From: Mytilus edulis
Lineage: Eukaryota
Assembly: GCF_963676685.1 (NCBI RefSeq)
Contig: NC_092352.1
Location: 73,470,001-73,534,000 of the forward strand
DNA length: 64,000 bases
Direction: 5' to 3'
Shown: positions 57,750 through 64,000 of the stretch, piece after piece
Layout: each line of letters begins with the position of its first letter
Numbering within the stretch: the first letter of the stretch is position 1
The notes under the pieces: model-generated
What the model was told of the DNA's origin: nothing
Seen by the model: the letters and a program-made list of their open reading frames with translations, nothing else
The model's database searches: none
Translations under genes and position numbers: made by a program

Positions 57750-59321
57750 CTTTAAATAAAAAAGATAGCTGCTCCCTTTTATTGCTAAACATTCTATTCA
57801 ATAATAATTATTTTTAATGAAGAATTTATTTGTTTTCATTGAAATTATGTTAATGTTACATGAACTTCAGATATACATATACATATAATACTTTTCCATT
57901 TCGATTTATCATCTCCTATTATAAATCATATACCATTACAATTCGATGATATCTGTTATATTTTGAATATTAAGTTATTAGTTTAAGATTGCTCAATGTT
58001 TGGCTTGAAACATATTGCATGCATGTTTAGGACAAGAAGAAAATTTCAATAATTACAATAGGAAGATCTTGAAATAGAGGCAGTTCGGAATGAGGGTTGG
58101 ACAATTTAAACTGCCACTTAAAAATGAAGGTATATTAAATTTAGAAAGGGAAGAAAATGTTGCCTTGTCACAGGCAACCTACGTACTGTGTGAAGAGTTC
58201 TTGCAATGGTTTGTAACGTAACACGTAGTATTCTCTATTCATAAGGCAATGGATTGTATGTCCCCATTCTAACTGGACCTGGCGATGTTATTGTACATCC
58301 TGTTCAGCCAACAGAACACACGACTTTGGCAAGTATTTTACTGCCGTTTAGAAGAGGAATGGTAAAAGAGAATAATTTTCATTTCCCAGTCACCTTATGG
58401 GTTAATTATTCCAAGAGGCTATTGAAAGAGTATATTGTTCATCTATTTCACCTACTTATTAGTTTAGTGTTGATAGCTTATTGATTTGCGGTTTTGTTTT
58501 ATTTAAGCCTCCGTCGGTTTTAAGATCTGGAAAACTCTTTTGTTTACTGAAAACTCGTAAATGGAGCACAGATCAAACAGCCATAAAACATTGGAAGGAT
58601 AAAAATCAAGGTAAAAAGAGAAGCAGACTATCGAGTAAACTAAAAAAGGAGCTTGCATCAACAAGGTAATTTTCAGCGCTATGCAAATTCACACTAATAA
58701 TATCACTATTTGGAAAGGGAAACCATCGATGAACGTATACAGTACAGGCAACAGTTCTGGTACTTTATGATCCGAGTCTCGGAAAACATGTCGCAAATGA
58801 CAAAATGAGTGAGTTGAGAAGCAGCAAATTGTGTTGGTCAACAAATTCGTTGTAAACACATGAAAACATGAAGATCGTTATGAACAAATGGGGCGTAGAA
58901 AGAACACAAACAAGGTCAAAATTTTCCTAAGGTAGCTAGAAAGCAAGTTTTGTACAAACATTCAAATCAATCAACACAAAATTTAAGAAAAATTTGTTAT
59001 AAATGATGTCAGCAGCGAGTTATCAGCGCTGAAGATTACCTGTGTAAATATTTCCCCAGTGATGATAAATGTACAATCTAAGATCTTCCTTTAACCGATT
59101 TTTTTTCAATGTACATGGTTAATGATATTTTTTTTTCTTAATTTTAAACATATTTTATCAATAATCACCTGTTACATCAACTCTAAGTTACCAAGGGAAG
59201 CAACTAAGGGGCGCCCGATTTTTAAAGACTCGTTATTTGGGGAAAAACAAATGAGAAAAAAAACCTCCCATTCAAAATAATCATGCAACATCTATCTTTA
59301 TATATATCATCTATCTTTAAA

Positions 59322-60455
59322 ATTTAGAATGGAAATGGGGAATGTGTCTAAGAGACAACAACCCGACCATAGAAAAAACAACAATAGAAGGTCACCAACA
59401 GGTCTTCAATGTAGCGAGAAATTACCCGGAGGCGTCCTTCAGCTGGCCCCTAAACAAATATATACTAGTTCAGTGATAATGAACGCCATACTAATTTCCC
59501 AAATTGTACACAAGAAACTAAAATTGAAATAATACAAGACTAACAAAGGCCAGAAGCTCCTGACTTGGGACAGGCGCAAAAATGCGGCGGGGTTAAACAT
59601 GTTTATGAGATCTCAACCCTCCCCTATACTTCTAGCTAATGTAGAAAAGTAAACGCATAACAATACGCACATATAAAATTCAGTTCAAGAGAAGTCCGAG
59701 TCTGATGTCAGAAGATGTAACCAAAGAAAATAAACAAAATGACAATAATACCTAAATAACAACAGACTACTAGCAGTTAACTGACATGCCAGCTCCAGAC
59801 TTCAAATAAACTGATTGAAAGATTGTGATTTCATCATATGAATATCAGGCACAATCCTTCCCGTTAGGGGTTTCGTATCATACCATCATAACATATAAGA
59901 GAAGAACATAACCCGTGTCATGCCAACAACTGGTTTTTGAATAAATGTGTTTTGTTCCGATGCAAAGAGCCTATAAGTTAATCAATATTAACGCCAAAAT
60001 ATGCAATCTTTAATGACCTGACAACAGTATCGTAACTATATCCCTTCTTAATAAGTCTATTTAAAGGTTTTGTTAGTTTCTGAGGTGAATACTGACATTT
60101 TTGTGCTTTATAAAGAATGTTTCCATAAAAAATTGGATGTGAAATACCTGAACGTAAATACATACTGAAGTCGTCATTATTGAGAGCCAAATATCATCTA
60201 AATATCTAAAACATGTAAAAGTATTATTAAATTTGTTTATCAGATGTTGTTTTGATGGGTCTTTGCTGATTTTTTCATCAATTGTAACTCATAGATATAC
60301 AAAAACAGGTCCGCAATAAGTGGTGCACAGTTAGTCCACATTCGACGATATACGGAATCTCCAAAGCGAACAAAAATGTTATCTAGTAAAAATTCAAGGG
60401 CATATATAGTATCAAAGCATGTCCAATTGACATAGTGTTTGTGTTTATTGCTCCT
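59322..60455 (-). mobile_element. Degenerate PLE-type (Naiad-like) RT 3' part plus its 3' repeat
   Basis: LEFLLDNIFVRFGDSVYR...TNCAPLIADLFLY.YE and RYLDDI...L..LIKKGY fragments, continuing into the repeat shared with 21110-21465. More decayed RT pieces lie at ~60790-61450. Confidence 0.65.
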
Positions 60456-60555
60456 NNNNNNNNNNNNNNNNNNNNNNNNNNNNNNNNNNNNNNNNNNNNN
60501 NNNNNNNNNNNNNNNNNNNNNNNNNNNNNNNNNNNNNNNNNNNNNNNNNNNNNNN
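60456..60555. other. Assembly gap (100 N)
   Basis: Run of N; 100 is usually a placeholder for unknown size. Confidence 0.99.
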
Positions 60556-62132
60556 AACACGAATCCCACCACAAAAATGGGGAGATCTCAAGAATTCAGG
60601 AATGATTATCAGATCGTTTTGTACTGGTGGTACCCGTAAATAACATCATGTACAATGAAATGTTTTGGTAAATTGTCGAATTCGGTGATCTCACAATCGA
60701 GAAAAATATGATTGTAGTGTCATAGCGGTCAACCAACCCATGAATGCATCTTTCATCAATGAAAACAATCTGTATACGATCGTCCTTTACATCAGTAACC
60801 CTCTATTGAGGAAAACAGGATAGGAAACGCATATTATAAGTTTGACATGTAACTGGGAGATATAGACTCCACATGCAGTTGTTGCTAGAATTTTACTACA
60901 AAGAAATGACAGTTTGTAGTGACTTCTTTTGTTGGAAGGTATTATTTTACAGTTTTTAGATGTTAGTAAAGAAATTAAATGAAGCATATTTTACTGTATC
61001 TGTGGTATCCTTTATTTCATGTCAATTGGAAAGAGGCATTTAACATAGTCATCAAACATAGAATGTTGTACTGAAAAGACATCATCTGTATAGCGGAATT
61101 TGAAGTTAAAAGAAGACGCTAGATTTTTTTTAAATTCTACCGGAAAGCATTTGTATGCAGTTGGTCTCATAATAAAACAAATTTCAAATGTAAGAAGATC
61201 TCATTACCTCCCATAGGAACAACTATTATGTGATGAAAAGCACGTCTATGTTGTCAATCAGAAATGTAAGCATTCAGAGAATTTTTTCTTTGAATCAGAT
61301 TGTTGTTTTACCAACGTATGATGTGTCCCTTCCAAAAATATAGTTATACATGTTATATCTCGATTTAGGTTGACAATAAAGTTAATAAAATACATATAGA
61401 CTATCTGATTTTCGTCTAGAATGGGAAATACTAGTGTATAGTGTATATTGTAGACAAACAATCTTATGTACTGAAGCAGATCATTGCAGTTTTGTTATCC
61501 TCTGGGTAATTAGTTTCACTGTCCCTATAAAGCTCAACTGATAAATTAAGGCAACAGTAATGTGAAATTGAGATTTTAAGTGAATTGTCACTATTTCCTT
61601 ATAAAAAATGTGTAATGTGGTTAACAAACAAAATCGTGGATGGTCGAACTTTATTTGGGGACAATAACATATTTTATCGGAATCTATTAGCTTTAAAACG
61701 TAATATTGCTTATTTGAAGATTAAAGCTCTCAAGATCCTTCGTTTGACAAAATTCCGACACCAGGCGTGACCGACTGTATATCATATATGATAGATAACT
61801 AGCCAAACTGCAAATAGGACGTTTAGATTTGAAGAAAACATTTATTTGAATGTGACAAAAATACGAACAAATGATCAAATGAATGATAAAAGTACGTACT
61901 GATGACTTCTTCCGTCTGTAAGGGGTAGTTTAGAATATTGAAAAGAAAAGCATATATATTCGGTTAACTTTTAATGGATATGCATTTGATCATTGTATCA
62001 TTGTATTTTGTTAATGCCGGAAATGGAATTAAATTAAGATAGTCGATATAATGTGTTCTGCAAAACAAAATAAAGCAAATACAAAATAGTAATATGTGTT
62101 CCCGTTCTTTTGTTTTGTTCGTAGAGCCTTAC

Positions 62133-62764
62133 TTGCTGAGTGGTGTAGAAACGTAACATTCTACGATATTGCACGTTCTGGAAACAAAACACCTTATCGC
62201 TATTTAGTCCATTCCAGGAAAAACAGTCATTTTTACAACTTCCTGTTTTGGGTCACCGGCCGAAAAATGGAGGTCATCAGTAGTGAGCTGAGGGAGAAAA
62301 AACTTTAGAAAGTGATCATCAAGAAACTTTTTTCGAAATTAAAATGAAAGTAAAAAAATATTTTGTTTGAAGTATTTACGGTAGTTTAAACAGGTCTCAT
62401 TAAAAAGTATCATGCATGGTGCATTGAACAGGGTCCCAGATAACTTCAACTGGATGAAAAAGTTGTGTAATTTTAGAACTTATCCGGAATGGAATAAATA
62501 GCGATTAGGTGTATTAGAATCTAACATGCACTCGCTTGTTTGTATATCATAGCTCATCGAACAACAAGAAGAATGATCAACGCATAAACCAGCACATACT
62601 ATTCTAGATCTAACTTTTCTTACTTCCAAAGAAGTTAACTTTGATGTAATCTTCATATTGTGGATTACTATAAATGTTTGATTGGTTATCTGCATATTGC
62701 AACATTGTATAACAATCGCAATACCTGCATATATAACCAAAGCGATAAACATAATGCTTTGCAT
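62133..62764 (-). pseudogene. Copy A exon 1 (signal peptide + PAN/apple), interrupted by a MITE and a stop
   Basis: MQSIMFIALVIYAGIAIVIQCC...CAGLCVDHSSCCSMSYDIQTSECMLDSN breaks at 62513 and resumes at ~62187 as FPERAIS*NVTFLHHSA|GTAAG, aligning with copy B FPQCVTWQNGTFLRKSS|GTAAG. Confidence 0.82.
62189..62512. mobile_element. ~325-bp MITE inside copy A exon 1
   Basis: Inverted repeat acaccttatcgctatttagtccattcc / ggaatggaataaatagcgattaggtgt (25 of 27 match). Confidence 0.8.
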
Positions 62765-64000
62765 TAAAGAGCATCTATAAGTGGAATAGCATAAAATGAT
62801 TTGGTCATAACTTTATATCTCATGATAAACATAAAAGAAAGAAAAACACACACAAAAGAAAAATTATGGCAGTAGTGGTAACCGTCAAGTCGATGGTAAA
62901 TATTATAAATATTTTAATTGATTTATTATATAAAAAGAAGAATTAAGCTTGGCAACTAAAATGCTATCAAAAGGATAAAAGTCTCTCATTATTTATAAAA
63001 CATCCTGTACTATTTTTGAATACAAAACGACCTAAAATGTCGTTTCAATAGAGGTTTTTTTTTCATAGAAAAAAAGCATGATGACGTCAATTATATTTCA
63101 CTTTCAATTTGTGCTTTGTAATCTGGGGTATTTCTAGATAAAATATTGACAGTGCAAACACTTAAACAAGATATACAGAGTACTACTGTACTGTTGAAAT
63201 ATTGATCAAGAGAGACGTGGTTACATAATGAATGTATTTATTGTTAAGGCAGTTTACCCATAATGACAGATTGCAGAGAAACAATACACCAATCAAATTT
63301 CATTAAATTTAAATGTCAAAAGGTTGATAGTGTTGTTACCACTGATGCTTTTTAAGCTATTAAATGCAATGTTCATATGCCTGTATTCAACAAGATAATA
63401 AATGCCCTAAATCAGTAATATACCAATGGTCAAAGCTCATAAATGGATAAAAATGACCAACTAAAGTAACAAACACAACTGAATGGGTGACATGAACTCC
63501 AAGATATAAGTGACCATTTGATTTGTATTATCAAATAGAGCTTATTATAAAACCCATTGTATGAACTTCGCATTCCTTCATGGATACATTGTGTTTCAAC
63601 ATGACCCCATTTAGTCTGTTGGGTCGTGCTCCAACCGGGGTATGTCAACGAACAACTGAATAGAAAATTCCAATATAACTTTCACAATTATTAATATATA
63701 GGTGTGCAAATACTTAGCGTCTGTTTTTAACGAATACAAAACATGTATTTGCAATCTTAGATCCTAAATTTCCAGGATGACAATTGGATTTCTTAATCTG
63801 ATTGATTCAAACTCCCTATTGTGTCATTTTTATAATGTCTCAAGGAATACATAGGTGAAGTCGTGTTTACTTTCTGTCAAGTCGTCATATTCTTCAGTTA
63901 ATGTTTTAAGTAAAGAATTGCAGATATCAAAGTTTCACGAAATTTAAGTTGAAGCTTAACAACCTATAATTCGCATATACATGTGAGCATTGTATAGATT

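Noticed and set aside
60240-60639. ORFs spanning X runs
   Set aside because: Artefacts of translating through the N gap.

Overview
AT-rich, intron-containing animal DNA, most likely a bivalve such as Mytilus. This is inferred from retrozyme-type hammerheads and a fibrinogen-domain gene expansion, not proven. The backbone is a tandem array of five minus-strand paralogs sharing one 5-exon plan: exon 1 = signal peptide + PAN/apple-like Cys domain; exon 2 = Thr-rich mucin-like stalk + start of a fibrinogen C-terminal domain (FReD); exons 3-5 = rest of the FReD. Copy B (45285-51965, 575 aa) and copy C (26633-35599, 443 aa) splice into intact ORFs. Copy C is a chimera: a D/E-type 5' half fused to a B-type 3' half inside intron 2 (~31175). 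Copy D is a multiply broken pseudogene. Copy E has lost both intron-1 splice sites and abuts a DIRS retrotransposon. Copy A has a MITE in exon 1 and spans an assembly gap. The FReDs lack the conserved C-terminal disulfide that shapes the ficolin/tachylectin acetyl-binding site. Mobile elements: a DIRS 5' half, an RT-only (no endonuclease) Penelope-like element in inverted arrangement with an unusually elaborate 3' hammerhead ribozyme, minimal hammerhead retrozymes, a 5.6-kb TTAA-flanked foldback transposon with nested inserts, LINE fragments, old Naiad-like PLE remnants and several MITEs. No tRNA, rRNA or CRISPR was seen. All coordinates were read by eye and may be off by a few bases where marked approximate.
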